A DNA stretch of 44,102 nucleotides from Spongospora subterranea f. sp. subterranea (GCA_049724395.1 JAUGWO010000100.1:1-44102), one strand, 5' to 3'; positions 1 through 13,278 are shown, counted from the stretch's first letter. The notes: generated by a model not told the origin, from the letters alone. Program-made: numbers and translations.

Positions 1-254
1 TATCCGTTTTCCCGGCTTACGTAACAAGGCGCCACAGATCTTGGATGAAATTCCATTAGCCTTTGACCGCAAATGGTTTCGGCTGGCAATTCGCTTTGGA
101 GACCCTACAAGAATGGTCTGAAGGTCAAGTAGCTGCTTCATTTGCAAACAATACAAGTCACAACGTGCAATACCTGCGGACGACATTGAAGACCTGAAGA
201 AACAATGGGCGGAAAAGAGTGGCAAAAAATTGTTTGTCATCAAATTCCAATATA

Positions 255-2997
255 CAGTAGCGATCACCTTAAACCGACAATTTCAAACCCTAGTCCAATT
301 ATTTTCATAAAAATTCATGTACACTTAAGTGTATATAGAGATTACACTGTGAATATGCCATGAAAATGATCGTGCCTACAGAACGGTGCCTGATTTTGTG
401 ATAAACCACATGTAAAAAGCAGTAACTGTTTACTTTGAAGTTGATAAAATGATTGACTAGTTTTTACAAGTCGTTTATTACGGAATCAGGGACAGTTCTG
501 TGTGCACGATATTTTTTCATGGCATACTCAATCTGCCGTTGATTAAGAAATATGCCGTTCTTCTTCCGGTAAGCATCCATGTACCTGAATGATTTCCTAG
601 CAAAACGCCTCATCGTTGCTACTGATGTCTCTTTTAAAGCAATAGGAATGACCCTTTCGAGATCCTTGAATGAATACGTGCAATGCTTTCGGGTATACTT
701 TTTTGTAGCACCCCAGAACATTTCGATCCAATTAAACTCCGGGTGGAACTTGGGATAGAATATTATCAGACCTGATGCCCGCGATACAGTTTCTTCCAAC
801 CATTCTTGCTGGGCGACGAAGTCGGGTTGCACTGACAAAAGCAAGCGGGCGTCCTTAAGACTTATCCCAGCATTCGGCCAGAGACCTCTTTCTGTAAGAA
901 TTCGGCGAATGCCTTTCTGAACAACGCCTTTGACATCAGAGCCGTCATCGGGAAACTGCATTTCTTGATGCACACGTTCTTGCCCGATTGTAAACCATCC
1001 AGGCCTTGAATGCTTAACATTCTTGCCGCCGTCCGAAAGGTTAAGTCTGGAAGCAACGAGCCCATCAGGCGGTTTGGCTCGATGATTCTGGGAGTTGTCA
1101 AACGCAAAGAGTGGCGTCGAATCAACATGAAGAACCCGAAAAATAACCAATGCCAATCTGGTTTGCTCCACTAGATCTTTGTTGCACCAATATCCATCGG
1201 CATTCTTCCCTGGCTTTATCATTTTCAAAGTCGCAATGGTAGAGCCGACTGATCCGAACTCCAAAATTTCTGGAAACTGTTCAGCAATTTCGCTTGTCAC
1301 CAAAACCTCCATGTGACCATGACACTGGCATAAGAACTGGGATACCATTATGGATTTGCCAAACCCTTTTGGTCGAAGAGTTTGTCGATCACATTCAACC
1401 CATATACACTTCTTGCTGTCATTTGCCTCAAAACAGGTCTCGTCGTGCGTAATCAACACCACCTTTGCCTCATTTGGAGAAAGTTCTGGGGGGATTACTA
1501 TCTCCATTTGATTCCCCTCGTAATGTTCCATTCGATTATACAATTGCTCAAACGATTGTAAGAACCTGAAGAACACCATGTTATGTACTTGTGGTAAATC
1601 TGTAAAAGAATTATGTAATCGTACCATTTTCGGTATTCAATGACATCTGGGCGTTCATGCCCGTCTGTATAGGTGCCCTTTTTATATTCAACGCTGTTGA
1701 ATCCAAGAAGGTGAAGCCATCTTCGTGCAGTTACCTCAGTAATAACTGTCGGATTGGTAAAGCCAAGGCTGTCAATCAAGTGAAGAGATTCGCTAACCCA
1801 TTTTGAGAATGAGAGGCCATCAATTAACTCGATTCGTTGACATCTCAGGTAATTTAAGCATGAATTGGCAACATCGGGATCCTCAATTAATGATCGCGTT
1901 TTCACATGTCTACCTTGGCAAGAAGCATTGATTTTCTTAAACTGCAAAAAATGCAGCGCCCACTGTCGAAGCCTTGGACTGCGATAAACGCAGCCTTGCT
2001 CTGATCCAAAGAACATCTTGCTAATCTCCATAGAAGATCTCATTTTTGATCTAGGATTGGTTTTGATCGCTTGTAAATATCTTAGAACACACATGTACTG
2101 CAAATTCTCAAACTTAGATAGTTTGTTGCACTTTTCGACAGCTTGAGAATTCTTAGATGAAACCATTCTTGTTAAAAGTGCAATGGATTCGTCGATACAA
2201 TCAATTGACTCTTCGATGGCTTCTTCATGATCGTCATCAGCTTGCTCGTGATCTGATACACTATCATCGAAACTGATATCAGAAGTGTGATGTTGGCCTT
2301 TTCCGAACCAATGCGTGATTTTTCGGCATCCAGTCATCGCTGTTTCTCTCAAACGCTTTTCTCTCTGCTTATTAAAAAGGGAAGACCTGCCATCTCCTGT
2401 GTGAGACTTTCTAAAATGAGAGCCTGCCCGGGTGTCCAGGTCAAAACACTATTAGTCAGTCTATCAAAAGCAGCTTCATCCATTCCGCAGAGCCATTCGT
2501 CAGATTCCCAAAAAACAAAGTGGTCGTCATCTTCTGAAGTGACACTATCACTGATATTGCATTGGCTAAACCGCGTCGCTGTAATGTTTGCGATTTGATT
2601 TCGTCTCTTATTCAAAGGCGGCATGTTAGTGAGACAACTGGTCAATCCGCAAAAGGTTATACCGTGCGCATTTTCAAAATTAGCCGTGCGTAGTTGATCT
2701 AATCATTATTATGCGTCAGTGTGCGCAAAATAATTGCGCAGTCAAACCCATAAAAGTGCGTCACGCACTTTATTCCATATATACAGTCCAAAATTGTGTC
2801 GCAACCACTGTACATAAAAAGTGTATCTTCTCTGTCAATTTTGCCTCAAAATAAAAATGAAAAATGTAACTTTGTTCGTCTTGACAGGACCTACCGAGTT
2901 ACATTCAATCTGGCCGATTTTAGATTCAAACCAAGTACTAGATAGTAAAGAGGTGCCGTACAGTCACGGAATTGTCGGTTTAAGGTGATCGCTACTG
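255..2997 (-). mobile_element. Complete IS630/Tc1/mariner-superfamily DNA transposon (2.74 kb)
   Basis: Perfect 28-bp TIR CAGTAGCGATCACCTTAAACCGACAATT at 255-282 and its reverse complement at 2970-2997. TA on both sides (253-254, 2998-2999). Encloses a DDE transposase. Confidence 0.93.
464..2624 (-). CDS. DDE transposase, ITm type with long D-E spacer; one intron (~1567-1624) and one apparent frameshift (~2350)
   Basis: Joins ORFs 2349-2645, 1498-2352 and 464-1627. Motifs TARRWLHLLGF, YTDGHERPDV, THDETCF (D1), FAFDNSQNH (D2), YPKFHPEFNWIEMFWG (E). Confidence 0.85.
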
Positions 2998-3103
2998 TAG
3001 CCCCAATTTTGATTCGGAAGGACGACTCGCGACAGCGATAGCATCTGCGCTTGCATCAAATCCAACCTGTGGTTACCATCAATCTTAGTATGGTTTTCAG
3101 AAA

Positions 3104-4875
3104 TCATGCAGTTGATCCGCCCATACCTGTGTCGACATACAATTTCCCAGTCCAGTTAACGTGGACGCCATCACTTGAAGACATTCGTTGCGGATCATTA
3201 GCAAATTTTAGCAAATTTTTGTTCATGTCCTCGTTCACTTGCTGGATCTTCTGGTCGAACTTCTGGTCAAGACAAGATATTGATCGCGAATGAACAGCGC
3301 TCGCATGAACCAGCTCGCATAGATGACCGCCGACGGCTGGCAACGCTCGCAAGACTTCGATCGTCGACGGGGTTACGGTGGAAGAGATCTTGCCGGACAG
3401 CTCAGCAGCAAAGGTCGTGAACGCCTCTGAAGAAGAATATCGGATGTTGCCATATTGCATGAGATGAATGATCCTCATCAGCTATTAGAATAGCAGAATC
3501 TTGTAGGATGACTGTTCGCATGTGGTCTAGCAAGCTGAGAAAGCTTTGTCCTGCAATCTCCGTCTTTCTAACGCCGGACGATAACAACGATGCAACCTGT
3601 TGTTGTGACGCCTCCAGACCGGGAAATACCAACTTTCGAAGATGTTCCGGCGGGTCCAACAAAGCTCGTGGCAGGTAATACTGTTTAGGATCGGCAGAGA
3701 ACCCTGCCAAAACCCGAACGCATTCCCATGGGATGACGTTGTTTGTGTAGGCTCCGCCACGCGAACGTACTTGCCAGTGGCCATTCTTGTCAACAGAGGC
3801 TTCACTTGCACCCAGATTTTCGGCCATGGACGCGCCGCCCTTTCGACCCATCTGCGTTTTCGTTGTAATGGCCAGACCGAGCGAAGCTTGAGCGGCCTTG
3901 ATGGCTTCATACTGTTTGGTGTATGTCATCGGCTTATCTGAATGGATACCATTCGGCAAAACGAATAGGTTGTACCAACGGCTTGCTTCAGAAAGATCAG
4001 GCCAAGGATCGCCCCGAACTTGAAATCGAAAGAAGAAATACAAAGACAAGCTTCCGAAAGGGCACAAACTCACTGATGAATGACGCATCAACGCATTCTG
4101 TTGCACTTTTCCAAATTGGTTTTCTTCACCTTCGCCACACAGTACGCAGAAGATGAGCGCCACTGACACCTTCGCCGGGGAAGAATTTATGTCCAATCTC
4201 CGATAACTTGAGTCGTCGAAGATTGTCGCCCCTGCACGTCAGAGCGAACGATAACAGATAATCTGTCCGCTGTTTCAGACCCTCCTCGCTGTCCAGTTTC
4301 CAATAATGCTTGGCGAGTTCGCCAAACTCATGGGCGGAAATTTCATCGGCCAAAGTCCCAATTCCACGATCTAAAAACATTGCGTTTTCACGATCCATGA
4401 CGTCTTTTTTTGAGCTTTTGAGAAATTCTTTGACACTCGGAGGGCGTGCCGGTATCGGAAATTCAGGAGGATACCGCCCAAGCATATGCTGCAGTCTCCA
4501 AAGATCCATAACAGCATTGACGTATCCGTCAAGGGTATGCCAACCCAAATGATCAGGGCGGCAGTTCTCCGGTTCAGACGTTCTGCTGAGCGCAATGGAC
4601 GAGCGTTTCCGGCCACGCTTATATGGCCGGCGATCTTTGACTTCGTGCAAAAAAAGAAGAAACTTGCTTTCATTGATCAAATCATTCTGATAGCCTTTGC
4701 AAACGTTCCAGTCAAGGAATTCTTTCTGTTTGCCCGACCACGTGTTTTTCGTCGTCTGAGGACGATGCTCGCCGACTTGAAATTGCAAACGATGTGCGGC
4801 TTGCAATTCTTCTAACCGTAGGTCAGTTTGTTGCCTACGCTGTTCCGCTAGAGACGATACGACGGTCGGATTCAT
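3104..4875 (-). pseudogene. Crypton-type tyrosine recombinase (Ndc10/CryptonF-like), frameshifted and apparently C-terminally truncated
   Basis: Motifs FLDRGIGTL, CRGDNLR, NQFGK, MRH..V.LCP.G.L..Y.F.RF, KTQMGRKGG (HxxR position with Q), GHW, AYT..IP...VRVLAGF, YYLPRA.LDPP..L...VFP, MRTVILQDSA. Frameshifts near 4135 and 3430. Confidence 0.85.
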
Positions 4876-5024
4876 TTGTGATGATGTGGAGATGGAGCAC
4901 GAGTGCCCTGAGATTGCATACAGGTGTAGCGTGGACCGTCACTGTACCTAGAGCCTATACGCACTAATTATTCCTTGGTCACATTGTGGGTTGGTCACCC
5001 GGTCATGACCCAGTCTACTAGGGC

Positions 5025-5173
5025 ATAAAAATGAAAAATGTAACTTTGTTCGTCTTGACAGGACCTACCAAGTTACATTCAATCTGGCCGATTTCAGATT
5101 CAAACCACGTACTAGATAGTGAAGAGGTGCCGTACAGTCACGGAATTGTCGGTTTAAGGTGATCGCTACTGTA
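5025..5173 (+). repeat. Second copy of the right end of the Tc1-like element, including the TIR (5144-5171) and TA
   Basis: 149-bp direct repeat of 2851-2999 with 4 substitutions by manual alignment. Confidence 0.95.
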
Positions 5174-5803
5174 CGTCTTTTAGTCGCGGCCAATTTGAAC
5201 CGCAGAAAACGCCATAAACTCTCCGGCACTTAGCATGGTCCTGCCCAGATCGTGGAACCATCAATGCGTATGTTTATAAGGTGAAAAATCTTATTTCATT
5301 ACTCAATGCAGATGTGCCTCAAGAGATATGATGACTCACAGAAAATTTATGAACAAAATTGCTCACCATTGGACATGAGCATTACCGCATGGGGCGATGT
5401 TGAAGTCAAGTACACTGAACTGGCTTCGAAGAGCAAAACGCAACATGGGAACCTCTAGCTTTTATCCAAAAAGATGTATCTATTCTGCTCAAACAGTTTC
5501 TGCTGAAACGGTCCTACCCGATATCACTTTCCTGCATACAAGATTTAGATTTTCAAAAGGGGGAATGTACAGAATCTTCCGTACTAACGATCGCACTAAC
5601 TGTAACAAATCAAATGCGATCCTGACTTCATAAATTATCTTTTGATCTGAATAAACAGCGCTTTGGTTCCTTGCGTCAACCAACGCTTGTGGAGCCTGCA
5701 TACATAGCCACCTCTGGGCAACCAATCCAAAAAATTCCGCCGCGGAATTTAGGGCTGATTCAGTTAAATTGACCTATCCGAAATCTCAAATTCCCATCGC
5801 GCA

Positions 5804-8800
5804 ATGGGACTTGAACTGGAAATGTTTCAAGCCATCCGGTGCAGCGAAGTCCTGGTGGTAGGAGCTGGCGGTATCGGTTGCGAACTGCTGAAGAATCTGG
5901 TTCTGACATCGTTCTCCAATATTCATATTGTAATAATCGAGCCCTATAACAATCTGCAAATAACAGTATCTTTTCTGGCAATTCACATCACTAACTGCTT
6001 CGTGTAAATTTTTCTACCTCAATTTCCAATAACATTTCTCGAACTTCGTTGCTTTTTGTCATATATCACACGAAATGTTCTCAACGCCTAGTTTCTTAAT
6101 ACACAGGTAGATCTCGACACCATCGATGTCTCGAACTTGAATCGGCAGTTTCTATTTCGGCGTCATCACGTTGGGCAATCTAAGGCAATGGTAGTTTGAT
6201 TTGATCTACGATGTCAACTGTAAAGCTGATTTGCTTGTTATAAAGGTTGCAAAGGAGGCGGTCTTGCAGTTCAACCCGACCGTAAATATATCGGCCCATC
6301 ACGCGAATATTAAGGACGAACAGTTTGGCGCTGCGTTTTTCTGTACGTTCAAGATTCAATTTGTCTCGTGCGGTTTTTCTATTTCTTATAGTCGCCTGCA
6401 CAACCATTTTTTTCAGTGTTATAATTTAATGCGCGATGCATCATTTATTTATATTAATTTTTTTATTTACTACCATTTGCTTTTTTATCCCATATTCTTG
6501 ACTCTAATTATTCAGCCCAGTTCGACATTGTACTAAACGCCTTGGACAATGTTGATGCCCGTCGTCATGTTAATCGATTATGCTTGGCATTAAATATCCC
6601 TCTTATTGAAAGCGGCACTGAGGTTCTAAACGATCTCTCCTCTCTTCAACAGTGGCCAAGATTATACTTTCAGGGCTATATCGGTCAAACAACTACCATT
6701 CGCCGTGACTTTACAGAATGTTTTGAATGTCAACCGAAGGTAGCGTGTCATCATTATGAGTTATAATAATTAAAAAATGCTACCAGGATGCAAGCAAAAC
6801 TTTCGCTGTCTGCACAATTCGTAATACCCCTGATCAACCAGTGCACTGTATTGTTTGGGCTAAGTATGTACTGTACTACAATTATTAGTGTCAGCTGATT
6901 ACGGGGTTGCAATCACTGGAATGATTTATTTTACTTTTATTTTTGTTTGATCGCTGGTATGAGATCATGTTTTCATTGCTCCATATATTGGGTTTGAATC
7001 TTTTATTGAATCGTATTTGTATAATGTATCCCTGGCTCAGGTATGTTCTCTCGATGTTGTTTGGTCCTCCTGACGCCGACAACATTATGCTGGACAAGGA
7101 CTTCGGTGACGACAATAATTTGAAAATGACCGACAGCGTCACTGAGCAAGCTTCCTTGTCCACGCAATTGTACTCCTGCTCTTCAACCGATATCGCGCAC
7201 TTAATTTTCAAACGTTTCTTTACTACGGATATTGAAAAGGTGGTTTTCATCGCTTTTTCCACTAGGATCAACTAGTCGCCTCAAATTGTGGTTATTTTCG
7301 TTAACAAGTTGGTGTTGCTTGCTTGCCCTTACAGGTTATACCGTTTCGTGTCTTTTCATACTTACTTTTTTTTTCTTGCGTTTACTCAATTTGCGGAGCG
7401 TTTTATTTCTCTTTTGAGCTCCTTTCAATCTGAAAAATTCGGAAGCGAGCTGTTTTGGTTGAGATGCGTGTGTCCAGGCAGTACTTATTGCAGATCGCTG
7501 GGTGAATCGGCCAGCACCTATTCCTTTATATTTCAACAAACTTGCCAAGTTTCACAAAGAGATTTCAGGTCGGTCTGTTGTCAACTCTACATTTACCGGC
7601 TTTTAAAAGAGGTTGCTGCTCCTGTGTCTTTAAACAGTGTTTTTGCATTTTCTGCTTCAGTATGATCTTTTTCATTAATTATCCTTTAATGTTTTATCGC
7701 TCAGGTTTTATTGCAATTGTTGATGTATGAGTTTGTGGCTTCTTACGATTTATTCCGTACGCTAGTACATTTTTTGTTCGACCATTCCGAAGCAAACAAA
7801 CCCATGTATCGGTCTTATTCACATGTTTTCGTTTGCTGCTTGTTTTGATGTCGTCGATTTCTGTTCCGGTTACTGGTTGTATTTTGTCAGACCGTGGAAA
7901 AAGACTACAAGATCAACATGTTCCAACTGTCTCTGAATGCGCTACGGCTGTTATCGAATCGCTGAGCCGTATCTTCGAAGAGCGCTCCAAATCAATTGGG
8001 TAAACAGTTCACATCGATTTTTTTTGTCGATAGACGATGACCGCATTTTCAGCTCCATCTTGTTTGACAAGGATGATGACCTGCTAATGGACTGTGTCGC
8101 TCATCTCGCCAACCTGCGCATGTTTATATTTCATATTCCAATGCAGTCGCGATTTCAAATCAAGGGCATTGCTGGTATTGAAACAGTTGTCATTTCACTA
8201 TGTTTGTACTTTTGCTGACTCAACTCAGAGTATTCACATTTTTGTTGCGACCTTGCCCCAATTTAATCACCGGGCGCTTTGTTTGGCCCTGTGTCGGCAT
8301 ATTTTGTTTGTCCATACATATTGAAGCCTTGATTTGAGTATATATCTCATCAAAATTGGTTTCAGGAAATATTGTCCACGCCATCGCATCCACTAACGCA
8401 ATTGCAGCGGGTCTTATTGTACTTGAAGCCATCAAGGTGTTATTTTGGCTTTTTGCAATTCTTGCTTGGAAACGACATTTAGTCGATTTTGTTTGGAAGA
8501 TTATAACTAAAGATTTCGATAAGTGCCGAACTGTGTGGATCGGGCGTTGTGGCCCGAAATTGCTGTTGCCGCAAAGTTTGGAGGAGCCAAATAAGTCGTG
8601 TTTTGTCTGTAGCAAAAGCCAACGCCTTCTTTCTGTCAATTGCGGCTTGATGACACTAGCGCAGCTTTTCAAGGTTCTCAAAACCTCAGTTCTTTTGTTC
8701 TTTCCCCTGATCTATGCTTCATTCATTGACGCTCTTGCACAACATGTGAAATTTTGACATCAGGTTTGCCGCGATGTGCTTGGCATGAACACTCCATCCA

Positions 8801-9325
8801 TTGACGTCGTTAATCATGAGTATGTAGAATAACTGTTTCGCAACTTTAGTTTTTTCTGTTGACAGCCGGGGAATGTTGTCCTTAATTTGATCTTAACGTG
8901 GATCTATGAGTGGTTTTCTCTCTTGGTTCTTTCGTGTTGTCGATTTCTGTGGTTCTACTTTCTTCCGTGTATTTTTCTGCCCTGTTCATTTTTCTGTTGT
9001 TTTCAGGAACTTCATTGGTTGCGAAGATGATTATGAAGATTCCGAATACCTATCTCGGGCATTGTCAGATCCTGGTGTTCGAATTGTTGACGGCGCTGTT
9101 CTCGTGATTGATGATTTATCGCAGCATCTGGAGGTCGAACTTCTTGTCCAAAATCGGTGAGGTCATCAGTATTGGACAAATCCGTGATTTTCACAACTGC
9201 CGTATTATTTCAGTATTGATATGGAAGGGTTTAAGGTTCTTCAGGCGAATATTGGTAACATCACCGGCAAGAAAAGATCACGAGAGGAGGGTGCCCACGT
9301 CGATAAAACTCAAGCTGAGTCATAA
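5804..9325 (+). CDS. UBA2: SUMO-activating enzyme subunit 2 (E1), multi-exon
   Basis: Exons encode [79 protein letters not shown] (catalytic Cys), [26 protein letters not shown] and CFVC. Last exon ends GKKRSREE...AES* at 9323-9325. GT-AG introns. Confidence 0.93.
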
Positions 9326-9485
9326 ATTGTTCATCTATTCGCTATCTGTGTCAGTATGACAGTAATCTTCCAATCTCTTCATGCAGAATGGCGTTTGCAG
9401 CTATTCTGTGATAATGACGAAGCTGTTTGTTCCCGGTTATAATCACCATACGTTAACTGAATGGAAATAATGGATCACGCCAAGA

Positions 9486-10015
9486 CTCCCTCTGGTCCGA
9501 AATAACTGCTACGCATTTTTTTGCGGGATTAACGGCAATTTTAGAGAAAAATGATTGAAAGTTTGAGGAAAACGTTTTCGCATGCTTTATCTGTTAGAAC
9601 CTCGGTCGATGTTTGCAGTAAATTGAATACAGATCAAGAGCGGGAAAGGAATGAAAGGAAACCAATGGCGGTATGAGATAGCCCATATAGGAGATAGAGT
9701 ATATGACTGGTAACGATACATGTGAGATACCTCATCATGGTTTACACCATTCTCATTCCAATGATTATCATGAATATGGGAAACGATGATCAAGTGTCCA
9801 TCACCAATGAACACGACATGGCGCTTCAGCTGGTAAATATCTTAAGCGAAGCAAGCGCGAATCGGGCGACCAACCTGACGGAGGAACAAAGACGCTCAAT
9901 ATACGAGAAAGTGCTGACAAGGCTAAAAGGCAACCTTGATACGGTAAGTAGCAGTTACTCTAATTCGGACCAAGGAAAAAATGTGTAAGTAGCAGTCATT
10001 TCGGACCAGAGGGAG
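9486..10015 (+). mobile_element. Internally deleted mariner (DD39D/Stowaway-like), 530 bp
   Basis: 27-bp TIR CTCCCTCTGGTCCGAAAT(A/G)ACTGCTAC at 9486-9512 and 9989-10015 (1 mismatch); TA after the right end. Internal ORF keeps NLTEEQRRSIYEKVL, resembling the N-terminus of DD39D transposases. Confidence 0.8.
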
Positions 10016-10492
10016 TATTTCAGATAGTCCAGATGATGGTGGTAGACCTTTGTCAATAATACTATGATGACTTTGAATTCCTAATGAAGTTATGATAACA
10101 TCATTTCTAGAATATTCGCCTAGAAAGAATTCGAAGGTCGAAACGTATCAGTGACGGATCGATTGATCGTGTACAACGCAGGACGGTTGTCGATTATGGG
10201 TCTACTGTGAATCCGGGGGATCGTTAAACCCTACTATCACAACTATCGGTCTTTCCATCCGTTTGGCCTTCCAGATAGATTGAAAACCTTCTTCCTTAAT
10301 ATCGTCACCGCCATCAACCTCTCTCAACCCTTTTCAGTGCCTGCTTCTTTTCTCTTTCTCTCTCTTTCGCTCATCCTCTCGTCGTTTCGCCAGATCACCG
10401 TCACTAGAACGTTTTTTTCTGAACTTTGTGTCGATCTCCGGCAATTTGGGCTAACATTTCCTGAGAGCGATTTGTGCAGCTCGATTGTGGGA

Positions 10493-12636
10493 ATGATGTG
10501 TGGCGGTTCTGGAGCAGTCGTTGGAATAGACGCCGATGCGTGTCGTGTGGACGAGGAGATTGGTGCCGAGCTTCACGCCTCTCGTGGGAGGGAGGCCCGA
10601 ATCCTCAAGCTGCTGTTATTAGGAGCTGGAGAATCCGGCAAAAGCACTTTGTTTAAACAGATGAGGATCCTACACGGGACCGGATATTCCCCTGACGACC
10701 TGCGCTTTTTCAAACCCGTTCTGCATTTGGCGATCGTCTCCGATATTCAGCAGCTTTTGAGGGCGGCTCTGATCCCGACTATAAAACAAATGTTAGGCGA
10801 TCGACTGCTACCGGAGGCGTCATGGCCAGAACGTCTGAAGGAAGACGTGGCGCGAATCGCGGGTTGGCGCTTTGCCAGCTTTGATCTGACTGAGGATCGA
10901 GGCGCAGCCATTGCCAGGGTTTGGGCCTACCCTGAAATTAAGCAGGTGAGAAGAATGACCTTTATCACTGCTCAACTTTCGTTTTGATTCCACACATAAC
11001 CTTTTTTCGATTTCGGTCGACTGATGTTCTAGAAATTCAGAATAAGCAAGATGAACGCAAATTTGCATCTGCGATCAGACATGAAACCTGATGATCATAC
11101 CGGTTTCACTTTTGTTTTGCCTTTGGGTTTCTGTAAATATACTGCTTTCGATCGTCAAAAATAAATTGAATGAAATTGCGGGTCAGGTTCATGAATGTCG
11201 CAATTTGTTCCATCTATCGGAGAACGCCGAGTTCTTTTTCGATAAGATCGAGGAGATATCTCGCCCAGGATGGACGCCCAACACGGAGGACGTGATCCGA
11301 TCCCGGATAAGGAGTGTTGGAATCGTCGAGCAGCAATTCACAATGGCCGATGGAAGTCAGTGTGTCAGCCCCAAAAATCCATCAAAAAATAATATGATAA
11401 ATCTAATCATTGTCTCATAGCGTCGTTCAAGCTGGTGGATGTCGGCGGGCAACGGAGCGAAAGGAGAAAATGGTATTGCAATTCGCTTTCGTCGTTTATT
11501 TTTCCGTTTCTTATTTTTAAACAAGGTTCTTCGCATTTTGTCGAGTGCATCAAATGGCTTTTGTGGTTTTCTGTTCAATATATGTGAAGCCCATGCTCAA
11601 TACTTGATTGAAACCGGTTATATGTGGTTGACGAAAACTTTTGTTATGCAAAAGCAAAACATTTCGCTGCAATCCAATGAATTCTTGTCGTAATTGATTG
11701 CGAGACCATCTGGAGCGTGATTTCATTCCTGTACGGTTTAGGTCTTCGTTCTTTCCAATCGTGTCAAAACTCTTCTAAACTCAATTATGACAAGCTTCTT
11801 GTTTGTTTTGTTTGGACTGTCTGGAGTTGTTTCTGAGGATGTTGCTGAATGATCAGACGTGATATTTATGGTGATGTAGGATTCATTCGTTCAGCGAGGT
11901 GAACGCTGTATTGTACGTGGCCGCCTTGTGAGTAGATGCAAACGTCGGTGCCATTGATTTTCCGTTATTGAGTGGGATTGAATTGTAGGTCTGAATATGA
12001 TCAAAAGTGCTGGGAGGTAGTTAATACTTTTTTGCTCGCCCGGCGATTTGTTGAACACATGTCTTGTGGTCGCAAACAACCTCATCACTTGATTTTACCA
12101 TAGATTTGTTAATTTGGTTTTAAAGTTCATGAAATATCTACCTTCAATTTGAACATGGGCGGTTTACAGAGAACCTTTGTTGCGCTGATTACTGACTGTG
12201 GATTGTGATCCGTTAGGATAACAAGACCCCGCGCATGACCGAATCCCTGAATCTGTTTGAGGAAATTTGCACATCGCCTGCTCTGTCGCAGGCCTCCATC
12301 ATCATATTTCTTAACAAAGCCGGTTCGTTTCATTCATGGGCTTTGTTATTGCTGAGTATTGCTTTGTTAGATCTGTTCCGGGAGAAGCTACTGCGTTCTC
12401 CAATTGGAAAATATTTACCCGATTATCAGGGTGATGGGTCATTCTCACACGCATCGGAATACATCAAGGTTCTGTTCGAGCAGGTCGGGAAGAAGGTGTT
12501 TAAAGAATTGGACCAGAAACGCAGCATGTTCTTCCATTTCACGACGGCAACCGATACCCGCAACGTTGAGGCTGTATTCCGGGACGTTCAGAACGTCGTC
12601 CTTCGAGCGACGTTGAAACGGGCACAGCTTTTGTAG
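10493..12636 (+). CDS. Heterotrimeric G-protein alpha subunit, about 7 exons
   Basis: KLLLLGAGESGKSTLFKQM (G1), RSRIRSVGI (G2), DVGGQRSERRKW (G3; exon ~11421-11472), FLNKA|D (G4, spliced), FTTATDT (G5). Stop at 12634-12636. Confidence 0.93.
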
Positions 12637-13278
12637 CAGCAGAATAACAAAATAACGATTAACAACAATGTTTATAAATAAGAATTTTGACTCCATCGGC
12701 CATCCTAAGTGGTGAATGAACAGTACTAAAGTGTGGGAAGTCTAGCTTTGGCAAGTCCCTACAGCCTCTCACAGACGTTTTCGACCCCAACAATGTTAAC
12801 AAATTAATCCTGGCGATTGAGCTATGTACTTACAGCCATTATTGATGAGGAGGTTTTTGTGAAGGATTCGCTTACATAATCGCCGAAAAAGCCTTGATTG
12901 CCCATGATTGTTCAGGATCTTCTGGCGAGTCATCAAAGAACGACAGCAGTTCAGATCCCTTATTTGATGCTTTCTCTAACTGGTCGATACGTTTTTTTTT
13001 GTTCCAATCGTTATGGCTCACACGTTGTAGCATATGAATAATCAGTCCTTGAGCATAAGGATTAATCATCCCTAATGCCATGAAGTGCGTCACGGCCCCA
13101 TCTACTGCGTGAGTCAAGCAGGATTGATCGACTCCAGGGATGGGCTAATAAACAGATTGAATTGGAACGGATTCCAACGTGAAATAGTACCGGGCGTCCG
13201 TTTTTGTCCAAAATCGTGACAGATTTGATACAGCGCAACAGCCAATGAATAAGATGTTCGCTTGGAAACAGCAATTTA

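Noticed and set aside
1..254. Short frame (DLKKQWAEKSGKKLFVIKFQY) that would continue at 3000 after removing the transposon
   Set aside because: Too short, has nearby stops and no identifiable domain.
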